Origin: a candidate division WOR-3 bacterium
GTDB taxonomy: Bacteria; Hydrothermota; Tepidihabitantia; Tepidihabitantales; Tepidihabitantaceae
Length of the DNA: 64,000 bases
NCBI GenBank assembly: GCA_037441285.1
Contig: JBBISL010000002.1
Coordinates: 82,627 to 146,626 of the forward strand
Direction of reading: 5' to 3'
Shown here: positions 48,250-60,617 of the stretch, one piece after another
Position numbering within the stretch: the stretch's first letter is position 1
Layout of the letters: each line of letters opens with the position of its first letter
Translations under genes and position numbers: made by a program
Notes under the pieces: generated by a model
Databases searched by the model: none
Seen by the model: only the letters and a program-made list of their open reading frames with translations
Told to the model about the DNA's origin: nothing

Positions 48250-49437
48250 ATGGACTTATTTGCCAAGTGTCAGGAATATTACCCCATCGTTGACCGTGCA
48301 AAACGAGCGGGTTATTACCCCTACTTTATTCCCCTGAACTCCGAACCTGACCGCCGGGTAGTAATCAATGGCAAAGAGTTGATAATGCTCGGTTCCAACA
48401 ACTACCTTGGCCTTACTACCGACTCGAGGGTTAAAGAAGCGGCAATTGAAGCCATAAAAAAATACGGCACCGGCTGCACCGGCTCCCGCTTCTTAAATGG
48501 CACCCTCGACCTCCATGTACAACTGGAAGCAGAACTGGCAGACTTTTACAAAAAAGAGGACTGTATTGTTTTTTCCACCGGTTACCAGACCAACCTCGGT
48601 GTTGTTTCAGCGCTGGTGCGCCGCGGTGACATCGCCATCACTGACAAACTCGACCACGCTTCAATCGTTGACGGCTGTCAAATGTCTTACGGCTCGGTCA
48701 AAAGATTTGCCCACAACGAACCGGAATCGCTGGAACTGGTGTTGAAGAGCTGTCCAAAGGATGCGGGCAAACTGGTAATCGTTGACGGCATCTTTTCAAT
48801 GGAGGGGGACATCGCGCCGCTGGATAAAATTGTACCCCTGGTGAAAAAGTACCACTGCCGACTGATGGTCGATGATGCCCATGCCGTTGGAGTTCTTGGT
48901 GCAACCGGCCGGGGCACCGCCGAACACTTTGGTGTCGAGGATGAAGTTGACCTGATTATGGGTACATTCTCCAAATCGTTCGCCACCATTGGTGGTTATG
49001 TGGTTGGGGCGCACAAAGTAATTACCTTTATCCGCCACCAGGCACGACCCTTAATCTTCTCGGCCGCAATACCACCCACTGCTGCCGCAACCGTGCTTGC
49101 CGCCCTGAAAATTATCAAGTCCGAGCCCGAACGGCGAAAACAACTCTGGCGCAATGCCCATCGGGCAATTGAAGGGTTACGGGCGATGGGTTATAACCTC
49201 GGCACAACCGCAACTCCAATCGTACCCATTCATATCGGTGATGATATGAAAACCCTTAACTTCTGGCGCACCCTGTTCGATGCCGGGATTTTTGCCAACC
49301 CTGTTCTCCCACCTGCCGTTCCTCCCAACCGTTCCCTTATCCGCACCAGTTATATGGCAACCCACACCGACGAAGACATTGACCAGGCACTGGAGATCTT
49401 TGAAAAAGTTGGGAAAAAGAGCGGCTTGATACCTTGA
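48250..49437 (+). CDS. spt: Alpha-oxoamine synthase, probable serine palmitoyltransferase
   Basis: GYYPYF, GSNNYLGL, GTGCTGSRFLNGT, HASIVDG, DDAH, GTFSKS (PLP Lys). Coupled to a bCerS-like gene. Confidence 0.75.
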   Translation: MDLFAKCQEYYPIVDRAKRAGYYPYFIPLNSEPDRRVVINGKELIMLGSNNYLGLTTDSRVKEAAIEAIKKYGTGCTGSRFLNGTLDLHVQLEAELADFYKKEDCIVFSTGYQTNLGVVSALVRRGDIAITDKLDHASIVDGCQMSYGSVKRFAHNEPESLELVLKSCPKDAGKLVIVDGIFSMEGDIAPLDKIVPLVKKYHCRLMVDDAHAVGVLGATGRGTAEHFGVEDEVDLIMGTFSKSFATIGGYVVGAHKVITFIRHQARPLIFSAAIPPTAAATVLAALKIIKSEPERRKQLWRNAHRAIEGLRAMGYNLGTTATPIVPIHIGDDMKTLNFWRTLFDAGIFANPVLPPAVPPNRSLIRTSYMATHTDEDIDQALEIFEKVGKKSGLIP

Positions 49438-50552
49438 GCACCATAGACATCCGCCCGGTAAAAACCAATGCTGAACTCGAGCGGTTCGTCCGGCTGCCGT
49501 TTGACCTGTACAAAAACGACCCTTATTGGGTACCACCCTTGATTAGCGATTGCAAAAACATCCTGACGCTGGGTAAAAACCCGTTCTGGAACCATGCGGA
49601 AAGGGAACTATTCCTTGCGGAACGGAACGGCAAGGTGGTCGGAAGAATCTGCGCCACGGTGGACCATAACTATAATCAATACCACCAGTCTGCTATCGGC
49701 TTCTTTGGCTTCTTTGAGTGCGAAGATGACCCGGAAACCTGCCGCGCCCTGCTTAATGCCGCTGCCCAATTCGCCCGTGCCAAAGGGATGAAGTCCCTTT
49801 ACGGTCCCGCGAACCCCAGTTTGAACGATGAAGCCGGACTTTTAATCGAACCGTTTGATGGAATGCCCTATATCAAAATGAGTTACAATCCACCGTTTTA
49901 CTCTCGTCTCTTCGAACAGTGCGGATTAACCAAGGTCAAAGACCTTTACGCCTATTCAGTGCCGCTCAACCAACCGGTTCCGGAAAAGGTCCGCCGGGTA
50001 ATCGAAGCCTTGAAGCATAAACCCGGATTAGTTGTCCGCCCGGTTAACTTACGGGATTTAAAAACCGACCTGAAGTATATCAAAGAGGTCTATAACGATG
50101 CGTGGTCTCAAAACTGGGACTTTGCACCGATGACCGATGAAGAGATTGACGACCTTGCTCGCCAGTTGGTTTCAATTATCAAACCGGAAATCTGTCCGAT
50201 GGTTTTCTATCAGGGTGAAGCCGCCGGAATGTGCATCGCCCTGCCCGATTACAATCAGGTGCTCAAATACATCAACGGCAAGCTCTTTCCGCTAGGCTGG
50301 CTAAAATTTCTCCGCTACCGCAACCGTATCACCCGGGCACGGCTCTGGGCGCTGGGTGTCAAGCGTAAATTCCATAATCTGGGTTTTGATGCCCTGCTCT
50401 ACTACGAGTCTTTCATCGGCGCCCAGAAACTGGGCTACACGGAAGGTGAAGTCTCCTGGATTCTCGAAGACAACATCGCCATCATCCGGCCGATTGTTGT
50501 CTGGGGCGGAAAACCCTACCGCACCTATCGGGTTTATCAGTTACCCCTTTAG
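49434..50552 (+). CDS. GNAT-fold N-acyltransferase, bacterial ceramide synthase-like
   Basis: FVRLP..LY..DPYWVPPL, GFFGFFEC, YNPPFY, YNDAWSQNWDFAPM, LPDYNQ, SWILEDN. TTGA overlap with spt. Confidence 0.75.
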   Translation: MSTIDIRPVKTNAELERFVRLPFDLYKNDPYWVPPLISDCKNILTLGKNPFWNHAERELFLAERNGKVVGRICATVDHNYNQYHQSAIGFFGFFECEDDPETCRALLNAAAQFARAKGMKSLYGPANPSLNDEAGLLIEPFDGMPYIKMSYNPPFYSRLFEQCGLTKVKDLYAYSVPLNQPVPEKVRRVIEALKHKPGLVVRPVNLRDLKTDLKYIKEVYNDAWSQNWDFAPMTDEEIDDLARQLVSIIKPEICPMVFYQGEAAGMCIALPDYNQVLKYINGKLFPLGWLKFLRYRNRITRARLWALGVKRKFHNLGFDALLYYESFIGAQKLGYTEGEVSWILEDNIAIIRPIVVWGGKPYRTYRVYQLPL

Positions 50553-51554
50553 CATCCCTGAGGGCAAAAATGTCCGGATAATCGCCTCAACTTGAAATAA
50601 ATTGGAAAGTTTTTTTTCTCCGGGATTGAAAACTATACCATCGACCATAAAAAACCGACCCTGATAGTTAAAGGCATAAGATACAAGTGGACCGCCGATA
50701 ATCGCTTTACGATTCTGCCAGACACCCCGTAACCTGAGCGCCGGTACACCCAGAAATTGAATTGTATCTACCAGTACGAGTTTGCGGTCAACCGAATCAC
50801 CCTCATAGAAGCGGCCCGTTAACCGGTCTCGTAAATTTAACACCGAATCCGGATTAAGCACTACCGTACTATCGCTCCAGTGAACAAATATAGACCGGTC
50901 GGGATAATGGTTGAATATGTAAACAAACCGCTCGGCACTGTCTTTCGCCTGCAACTGCCAGCCCCGCGGCACATCAATTGTCCAGAAGAACTGCTCGCCC
51001 AGTTTCTTAGTTAGCTCCTTTTCCGCTTCCCGCAAATAGGTCGCCCGCGCCATCTGGTCAAGAACCATCTCCGTTACCGTTTGACGAATCCTTGACGCAT
51101 ACCGGGTTAAACCCGAAATCAGCTGCGCGGTATCTGAAGCAACAAAAATCAGCACCCATTGATTGTCAACCCACGCATTGGGAAATTTAAAAAGCCCAAA
51201 ATCACCGTCCGGTAAAGAATCCAGTTTTCCCCCCATTATCCGGCGCAAAATAGTATCTTGCGTCGTACCAATAAGAAAAACCAGCCGCAACCGGGAAAGG
51301 GCGGCAAAGCGGTCAAAACCACCAACCCGCAACTGGAACTCTGGTTCAGGCTGGGGAGTAGGAATCTCCTGAGCGAGTATCTCCTCTACCTTCTTTTCTA
51401 CGACGGGCCAGTAATCGGTTATAACTGTTATCTCGCGCAACGGACCCAGTGACCGTGGCACCCGACTGGTGCAACTCAAAATTCCGAGTAAAATAACAAC
51501 CCACCAGGTTTTCCGGTATTTAACGACCCAACCATTCAACCAATGTCTTTTCAT
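50541..51554 (-). CDS. DUF4837-like lipoprotein
   Basis: Lipobox GILSC, TPQPEPEF, LRD...GD, RGVW...GGP; SD AAGGAG. Confidence 0.75.
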   Translation of the reverse strand: MKRHWLNGWVVKYRKTWWVVILLGILSCTSRVPRSLGPLREITVITDYWPVVEKKVEEILAQEIPTPQPEPEFQLRVGGFDRFAALSRLRLVFLIGTTQDTILRRIMGGKLDSLPDGDFGLFKFPNAWVDNQWVLIFVASDTAQLISGLTRYASRIRQTVTEMVLDQMARATYLREAEKELTKKLGEQFFWTIDVPRGWQLQAKDSAERFVYIFNHYPDRSIFVHWSDSTVVLNPDSVLNLRDRLTGRFYEGDSVDRKLVLVDTIQFLGVPALRLRGVWQNRKAIIGGPLVSYAFNYQGRFFMVDGIVFNPGEKKLSNLFQVEAIIRTFLPSGMLKG

Positions 51555-51563
51555 AACAACTCC

Positions 51564-53633
51564 TTATCCAACCCTCAATAACTCAGTTCGTCCTTTATAC
51601 CGAGCAAGGAGTGTCCGACGCACAATCTCATTCTGGGGCGCACGCAACTGTGGGTCAAGCTCTACCAGCCGAAATGCATCTCTCCTTGCCCGCAGCAAAA
51701 TCTCCCGGTCCCGAAAAATATCTGCCACCCGCAAATCGGGTAAACCGTGCTGTCTTGTACCCAATACCTCTCCCGGTCCCCGCAACTCTAAATCCTTTTC
51801 TGCCAGTTTAAATCCATCGGTTGTCGCCACAAAATAGCGCAACCGTTCGCTCGACTCCGCCAGTTCTTCGTCACCTACCATCAGAATACAAAAAGAACGG
51901 CGCTCCCCGCGTCCGATTCGCCCGCGCAACTGGTGTAATTGCGCCAGACCAAACCGTTCCGGATGCTCAATGACCATCACCGTTGCATTAGGAATATCAA
52001 CCCCAACTTCAATCACCGGTGTGGCAACTAAAATGTCCAGCTCGTGACGTCGAAAACTCTCCATAATTGCCTGACGTTCCTCCGATTTTATCCGCCCGTG
52101 AACCAGTCCAACCCGGTATTCAGGAAAAGCGGCTCTGGTCCGCTCAAATGTTGCGACCGCCGACGCCACCTCCAGTTTCTCGCTCTCCTCAATCAAAGGA
52201 CAGACAACAAATATCTGCTCACCCTGCTCCAGTCGGCGCCTGATTCCCGCGTAAACCCGCTCTCGTTCCTGCTCGGTAAATAGTTTTGTTACCACCGGTA
52301 TTCGGCCCGGTGGTTTCTCATCAATTATCGAAACATCAAGGTCACCATAAATCGTCAGGGTCAAAGTCCTCGGAATCGGGGTTGCGGTCATTACGAGAAA
52401 ATCGGGATTAACACCCTTGTTCAAAAGTGCCGCCCGCTGCATAACACCGAACCGGTGCTGCTCATCCACCACCACCAGACCCAGACGGCAGAATTTCACA
52501 CCCTCCTCAATCAGCGCATGCGTTCCAAAAACCATATCAACCGCACCGGTCTCCAGACCGCTCAGCACCTCTTTGCGCTCCGCCGGTTTGATCGAACCGG
52601 TAAGTAGTCCAACCCGAACCCCGAGTTTTCGCAACCTTTCTGCCCAATTCCCATAATGCTGTTCCGCAAGAATCTCGGTTGGTGCCATCAGTGCGCTCTG
52701 AAAACCGTTGTCACAAGCAATCAGCATCGCATACAGTGCTACCACAGTCTTACCCGAACCAACATCACCCTGCAGAAGCCGATTCATACACCGTTCCTGA
52801 GCCATATCGGCTTTAATCTCTTCAATTACCTTCTTTTGCGCTCGAGTAAAGGAGAAGCCGAGCTGGGCGACAAACCTTTTTGTCAGTCGCTCCCGGTCAA
52901 CTAAAGGCTGGGGTTTCCGCACACCCTTACTTTTCAGGCGCCGCAGCGCCAGAAGTAACTGAAAGAAAAACAGTTCATCATAAATCAGCCGTTCCCGGGC
53001 TTTTTCTGCCACCACCAGACTGCGCGGGAAGTGCACCGCTTTGACCGCCGTACGAATATCCGGAAACCGGTAATGTTCCCGAATCTCCGGCGACAGAGTC
53101 TCCTCAAGAAATTGCCCATACTTCTCTAACGCCGTTGCCACTGCCCGTCGAATAACCCAGATGGACAACCCTTCGGTCAAGGGGTAAACCGGAATGATGG
53201 TACTGGAGTACGAAAAGTCTGTCTTACCTTCAAGTAACTCAAAACTGGGATTAACAAACTGAAGGTGACGAAACGCACTTACCCGTCCCGAAATAAGAAT
53301 TTGGTGACCGGCTTTGAACCTCTCTTTTAAGTCCGGACGATTAAACCAGAGAACCTCAATTACATCAGAACCATCCCGCACCAGAATCTGCACCAGGTCT
53401 TTACCCTGCCGTGTCCGGCGCGCTGCCGCTCCTAAAATCCGGCCGATTACCGTTGCCTCATCGCCGACTCGCAACCGGCTTATCGGTAAAATTTGTGACC
53501 GGTCAAGATAGCGGCGGGGTACAAGAAAGAGCAAATCACCTACTGTTTTTACGCCGATACGAGCAAACTGCTGTGCCCGCTTTGGCCCAATACCTTTAAG
53601 GTACTGAATTGGCGTTGTTAACCCGGTAGTAAT
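51564..53633 (-). CDS. recG: ATP-dependent DNA helicase RecG (start uncertain; probable ATT 53633)
   Basis: [33 protein letters not shown]. Conserved [10 protein letters not shown] lies upstream of the first TTG (53534). Confidence 0.93.
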   Translation of the reverse strand: MTTGLTTPIQYLKGIGPKRAQQFARIGVKTVGDLLFLVPRRYLDRSQILPISRLRVGDEATVIGRILGAAARRTRQGKDLVQILVRDGSDVIEVLWFNRPDLKERFKAGHQILISGRVSAFRHLQFVNPSFELLEGKTDFSYSSTIIPVYPLTEGLSIWVIRRAVATALEKYGQFLEETLSPEIREHYRFPDIRTAVKAVHFPRSLVVAEKARERLIYDELFFFQLLLALRRLKSKGVRKPQPLVDRERLTKRFVAQLGFSFTRAQKKVIEEIKADMAQERCMNRLLQGDVGSGKTVVALYAMLIACDNGFQSALMAPTEILAEQHYGNWAERLRKLGVRVGLLTGSIKPAERKEVLSGLETGAVDMVFGTHALIEEGVKFCRLGLVVVDEQHRFGVMQRAALLNKGVNPDFLVMTATPIPRTLTLTIYGDLDVSIIDEKPPGRIPVVTKLFTEQERERVYAGIRRRLEQGEQIFVVCPLIEESEKLEVASAVATFERTRAAFPEYRVGLVHGRIKSEERQAIMESFRRHELDILVATPVIEVGVDIPNATVMVIEHPERFGLAQLHQLRGRIGRGERRSFCILMVGDEELAESSERLRYFVATTDGFKLAEKDLELRGPGEVLGTRQHGLPDLRVADIFRDREILLRARRDAFRLVELDPQLRAPQNEIVRRTLLARYKGRTELLRVG

Positions 53634-53662
53634 ACTGCTAACCTCGTCGGTTTATCCAAATC

Positions 53663-55690
<2,028 letters not shown>

Positions 55691-55760
55691 CTAAACCATT
55701 CTTATGTCAATCCCTTACATCGCTATTTGACAAACGCCCCCTTCCCCTTACAATCATCTT

Positions 55761-57248
55761 ATGTTGATATTTGCCACTTTGCTAATCGCCCTTGTGCCCG
55801 ATGTCCAGATTCTACGCTATATCAGCCCGGACAGCTCCGAACCGACCGGATTCAGTGAATGGCGCACGACCCTGCCTGCAACGCCGCTGTGGCGCTGCCA
55901 GCTATTGAACTATCGCCCCGGTGCCTTCCAAGAGCATATTGACATCCTTGTCGAAAGTACCCTTGCTGCCCCGCTTTACGCCCACCTCGAAACCCTGACC
56001 GCCGATTTGAACAACGAAGGTTATACTGTCGCCACCTATCAGATTCAGGGCACAAGTTGCGAATCGCTGCGCTCATTTCTCTATCAGGAGTATCAGCAGC
56101 AAAGATTGACCTCCGCTATTCTTATCGGCAACCTGCCCATCGCCTGGTTTCAACTGATTGACGACTGGAACAGTAATCGCCGCCGCGACCCGGACGAAGG
56201 CTACGAAGAGTTCCCCTGCGACCTCTACTTTATGGACCTTGACGGCGTCTGGGAGGACAATATGGTGCGCTATGACACATTTGACTCTCTTATCCCGGGT
56301 TGCGACTCCATCTACGACAACCATTACGGCAACATCGCGCCCGAAATCGGCGTTTCCCGCATCTACGCCTCAACCATCGGCGACCCGGTTCCACTGATTG
56401 CCAATTATCTCTCCCGTTGCCATGCTTATCGCACCGGCAACCTCAGGGTCGTTGACCGCGCCCTGGTGTATATTGACGATGACTGGACACCGTGGGCAAA
56501 TGAATGGAGTGAACAGGTGGGCTATCTCTACCCGAGCCGTGTTTTTATCGCCGACTCGGAACAGACCCGAATTCGTGACTACCGACCGCGCATCGACACC
56601 GCTGCCTATCAATGGCTCCACCTCTGCTCCCACTCCTGGCCCGGTGGACATGCAATGAAATACAATCACGGGCAAAACTGGGACTGGTTCTACGCTGAAT
56701 CAATCCCTCGGTTGAATCCAGAAATATGCTTTTACAACCTTTTTGCCTGCTCCAACGCCCGATTTACCGAACCGGGATACTGCGGCGGGCGCTATGTGTT
56801 CCAGAGCGCTTCCGGCTTAGGAGCAATTGGCTCAACCAAAACCGGTTCAATGCTTGAGTTTGGGGACTTCTATGCCCCCCTGGGTAACGGCACAACCCTT
56901 GCTGAAGCATTCCGCCAGTGGTTTGCTGCCCAAGCCGCCGATGGTTTTGAGCCGTGGGAAATTTCCTGGTTTTATGGAATGACCCTTATTGGCGACGGGC
57001 TTCTAAAACCAAGACATCTGGTTTCGCTCGCCGAAACCGACCACACGCTCCAGCGGTTAAATCCATCGTTCGCGACGATGCTTACCCACACCCTCACACT
57101 CACCGAACCCGCGGGGATGCTTCTTGACCCTTCGGGCAGAACTGTTGCCCGCCTCAGACGCGGACCCAATGACCTGCGTCAACTTCCAGCCGGGGTCTAT
57201 TTTTTACGCACCAAGGTAACGCTTCAGCCCATCGTAATTGTGCGCTGA
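55761..57248 (+). CDS. Secreted C25 (gingipain-like) cysteine peptidase with short T9SS-like CTD
   Basis: CDLYFMDLDG, PEIGVSRI, SHS (His), FACSN (Cys), LIGD; CTD LLDPSGR...NDLRQLPAGVYF. Confidence 0.7.
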   Translation: MLIFATLLIALVPDVQILRYISPDSSEPTGFSEWRTTLPATPLWRCQLLNYRPGAFQEHIDILVESTLAAPLYAHLETLTADLNNEGYTVATYQIQGTSCESLRSFLYQEYQQQRLTSAILIGNLPIAWFQLIDDWNSNRRRDPDEGYEEFPCDLYFMDLDGVWEDNMVRYDTFDSLIPGCDSIYDNHYGNIAPEIGVSRIYASTIGDPVPLIANYLSRCHAYRTGNLRVVDRALVYIDDDWTPWANEWSEQVGYLYPSRVFIADSEQTRIRDYRPRIDTAAYQWLHLCSHSWPGGHAMKYNHGQNWDWFYAESIPRLNPEICFYNLFACSNARFTEPGYCGGRYVFQSASGLGAIGSTKTGSMLEFGDFYAPLGNGTTLAEAFRQWFAAQAADGFEPWEISWFYGMTLIGDGLLKPRHLVSLAETDHTLQRLNPSFATMLTHTLTLTEPAGMLLDPSGRTVARLRRGPNDLRQLPAGVYFLRTKVTLQPIVIVR

Positions 57249-57295
57249 TAATATACCGGTCACCGTAGCGCTTAACCGTCCTAAAGGTTTGCCTG

Positions 57296-60200
57296 CTATT
57301 CCATCAAAAGCAGTTTGCCGGTTAAGAGTTCCGCCGGTCCTGAACCAACAACTTCAATCCGCACAAAGTAAACACCGGCGGCCAGACCAATTTCACTAAT
57401 GTTTATCTGGTGGCTACCCGCCGGCTGATAACCGGGCAATAACTCCCAACGCCTTCTTCCACCCTGGTCATAAATTGTCAGCCGCACCAATCCGGAATGG
57501 GAAATGGTATAAGAGATTGCCCCGGAATTAAGAAACAAACCTGATGGCCTGTTGGCAGATACCTCTTCACCCATTACCCCGGAAGGCGGTCGGAAACCCC
57601 GGCTCTCAATTCCAAATCCATAACGCCAGAACTCCACAGTCTTATTTCCTTTAAGCGCCCAGAGTGCGCCCATAATCGGCACGATGTCACCACCGCCCTT
57701 GACCCTTTTTCTCCGGCCGGTCGAGCCCACTTCGGGCATCGGGTCCAGTTCGGTCCAGACCTGCGCCTCCGGGTCATACATCCAGAACTCACAGGTGTTG
57801 TTGCCTTTCAAGGCATAGATGGCACCATCATACCAGCAGGCGGCACCGCCGTCCTTGGACTTTTTACTCTTACCGGTTTTACCACTCTGAAAGGGCATCC
57901 CGGTCAATTTCGCACCCCATTGATGCGTGTTAAGGTCAAACTGCCACAACTCGTGATACTTTGCCTTGTGGGCGTAAATCGTCTGCATGCCATCGTAAAC
58001 CAGCCATGACCCGCGGTCCCATTTGGCATTGGCACCTGCCGGCGCGTCTGGCATATTCTCCCAAGCCCGGCTCAAAGTATTGTAACGCATAAAGTCCTGC
58101 CTGTAGCCTTTAAGAAGGTAAACATAGCCAACACCACCTTCGGAAACATAAACCATATCGCCGCCACCTTTTACCTTCTTGCCGCTCGCGCCCAGCGGCA
58201 CATCAACCAGTTGTTCCCACTCCCCGGTCTCGGTCGCATAGCGCCAGAACCCCTGCGTATTGTTCCCCTTGACCGCATACACATACCCATCACCAAAGCA
58301 GCCGGCACTCCCTTTATAGGCAAGTTTTCCTTCCCTGCCTTCAAGCCAGGGATTCAAAATTGTCCAGCTGTTGGTAAGCGGATTGTAGCAGTAAAAATCG
58401 CCGGTCTTATACCCCTTGGCGGCATACACCAACCCGTTGTCTTCATCCACCACCAGCCAGCCACCTTCTCGCACCGGCTTCGGCGTCGGAGTAAGTGGTA
58501 CCGAACCTACCTCCTGCCATCCCGCCGGCCAGGTAATTTGGCCCGGGCGAACTACCACCGTTCCGTCGCGGTAATCGTTCGCCGGATTACCATCCTGCGC
58601 CAGTATTGTTGAACATCGCACCGCCCAGGTACCGAGCCGCGTCGCCCGCCAGTTCGGAAACTGTACCAGTGTGCTATCGCCGGGACCAAGGGTTACACTC
58701 GCTATCTCCTGATACCAATCGCCAATCCGCATCTGGACCGAAAAACTGCTGCTAACCGTGCCAAAGTTCCGCACCCATGCTTGAGGCTGAACAACCGTTC
58801 CTGAGTCCACTGTATCAATCGGCGCAACAATACCCAAACAGCCTACATCGCGCTGTGCCACCAGCACCGAGCCGAATAAAATGTTATTCAAAGGTTCGCG
58901 GTCTCCTGCAAGACTTACGGTACAGGCAATTGCCACCTCCCCGAGTGGTTCTGCAACCCAGGGCGCAAAATCGAGTAAACAAGAGTCTCCCGGGTTCAAA
59001 GGTGTATTCCAGTTAACGGTATTGTCGTAACTGCTGCCAATGCGCAACCGCGCCGTAAAACGGGCAAGGGTATTGCCGGTATTGACAAACCAGACCTGCG
59101 GGGTGATGGTATCATGATAGCCTACCGTTTCCGCTGGCGCGGCGATTCTTTCCACCATCATATCCGGATAGGGATAAAACAAGCGCGCGGTCACTAAGTC
59201 GCACGGTGCACCACCGACGCTGGTTCGCGCCACCTGACCAGCGATATACACATTATCCGAATCCAGCGCACAAACCGCAGCCCCGAAATCCTCCTGATTG
59301 TAAGGTGAATTGTAGGTAAAAGACCAGATGGTATCATGCGGTATTGTATTAGAAGCGTCATAAGCAAGCAATACCAGGTCATTACCCCGTTGCCCGGCAA
59401 CATAAACCCGCCCCTGGCTATAAGCGATATCGAACCCGTAATCGTCCTGATTGGTCGCAAAGATTGCCCCGGCATTGCCCCAGCGCGCGGTCAAACCGAT
59501 GTTTGCCTTATAGGTGATGATGTCAAATCGGCTCGTCGTACTCTGATAATAGGCGCCGGTGGCATACACATTTTGGGGATTGGAGTCGTCCAGCGTCACG
59601 GCAAAGAAGTAATCTTCGTCATCCATCGGGTCGTTGATTCGTCTTGTCAACGGTGTACCACCGGTAGGTGCGTACCGCAGCAAAAGGGCATCGTAGTAAT
59701 TGGCGTCGTTTTCATCGAACCCGGCGACAAATATGTAACCGTTGTTTGCCACCGCCACATCAAAACCAACATCATCATAGTCGGAAACCCGCCAGTACTC
59801 ATGCGCCCACCTTCGCGTGCCATCGGGCAGAAACTTCATCGTCCAGACCTGGTAACTCCGGGCGTCACTATAACCAAACCCGGTTGCTACGATGTGCCCG
59901 GAATCGGGCGAGACCGCCAGCGCTGTTGCACAGTTGTCCCAGTTGTCCCAGTCAATCATCACAAAATCCGGGTGCCGGTCGCGCCGCATATTAAACGCCA
60001 GCGTATCGAGGATATAGCGCCGGGTCCAGACTGTGTCACCGGTTGATGGGTTAATGCGTGCCACAAAAAAGGTGGAAAGGAAAAAGTGAAGGTCGGTCGT
60101 GGTGCCACACAGGTACACATCGCCCTGCTTGCCAATGACAACATCGTAAGCGATATCGTCATCCGGAAACATACTGTGCCGCGCCCAGAGCAAATTGCCG

Positions 60201-60598
60201 TTGGGGTCGTACTTCAGCCAGGTAATGTCAATATCAGTCGGAGTCGTATATTCGGTCGCTCCGACCACAAAGACATTGCCCACCGAATCAACCGCCAGCG
60301 CCTGGGCGATGTCGTCATAACTACCGCTTACCCCACCGTAAGAACGGACCCAGAGCGTTTCGCCCCACTGGTTGTACTTAACAACCAGCATATCGTTACT
60401 TCCGGACACCGCCTTCTCACCGGCACCGCAAACATACACATTTCCCTGCCGGTCCACGGCGATGTCTGCCGCCTGATTCCAGTTCGGACTTGCGGAATCC
60501 GACCCGAAATAGGTCCGCAGCCACATCGTATCAACTACGCCCGCCTGGACGAAAACCGGCGCGAGCAACACCAGTGCAACGAAAAAAACTTTTTTCAT
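57296..60598 (-). CDS. Secreted SBBP-like propeller + CARDB-like + basic Kelch-like propeller + CTD
   Basis: SD AGGAGG, signal peptide MKKVFFVALVLL, AVD..GNVYV.G repeats, KGN(N/K)T.EFW.Y repeats, IYDQGGR...GVYFV. Confidence 0.82.
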   Translation of the reverse strand: MKKVFFVALVLLAPVFVQAGVVDTMWLRTYFGSDSASPNWNQAADIAVDRQGNVYVCGAGEKAVSGSNDMLVVKYNQWGETLWVRSYGGVSGSYDDIAQALAVDSVGNVFVVGATEYTTPTDIDITWLKYDPNGNLLWARHSMFPDDDIAYDVVIGKQGDVYLCGTTTDLHFFLSTFFVARINPSTGDTVWTRRYILDTLAFNMRRDRHPDFVMIDWDNWDNCATALAVSPDSGHIVATGFGYSDARSYQVWTMKFLPDGTRRWAHEYWRVSDYDDVGFDVAVANNGYIFVAGFDENDANYYDALLLRYAPTGGTPLTRRINDPMDDEDYFFAVTLDDSNPQNVYATGAYYQSTTSRFDIITYKANIGLTARWGNAGAIFATNQDDYGFDIAYSQGRVYVAGQRGNDLVLLAYDASNTIPHDTIWSFTYNSPYNQEDFGAAVCALDSDNVYIAGQVARTSVGGAPCDLVTARLFYPYPDMMVERIAAPAETVGYHDTITPQVWFVNTGNTLARFTARLRIGSSYDNTVNWNTPLNPGDSCLLDFAPWVAEPLGEVAIACTVSLAGDREPLNNILFGSVLVAQRDVGCLGIVAPIDTVDSGTVVQPQAWVRNFGTVSSSFSVQMRIGDWYQEIASVTLGPGDSTLVQFPNWRATRLGTWAVRCSTILAQDGNPANDYRDGTVVVRPGQITWPAGWQEVGSVPLTPTPKPVREGGWLVVDEDNGLVYAAKGYKTGDFYCYNPLTNSWTILNPWLEGREGKLAYKGSAGCFGDGYVYAVKGNNTQGFWRYATETGEWEQLVDVPLGASGKKVKGGGDMVYVSEGGVGYVYLLKGYRQDFMRYNTLSRAWENMPDAPAGANAKWDRGSWLVYDGMQTIYAHKAKYHELWQFDLNTHQWGAKLTGMPFQSGKTGKSKKSKDGGAACWYDGAIYALKGNNTCEFWMYDPEAQVWTELDPMPEVGSTGRRKRVKGGGDIVPIMGALWALKGNKTVEFWRYGFGIESRGFRPPSGVMGEEVSANRPSGLFLNSGAISYTISHSGLVRLTIYDQGGRRRWELLPGYQPAGSHQINISEIGLAAGVYFVRIEVVGSGPAELLTGKLLLME

Positions 60599-60617
60599 TT
60601 TCTCCTCCTGCTCTTTG

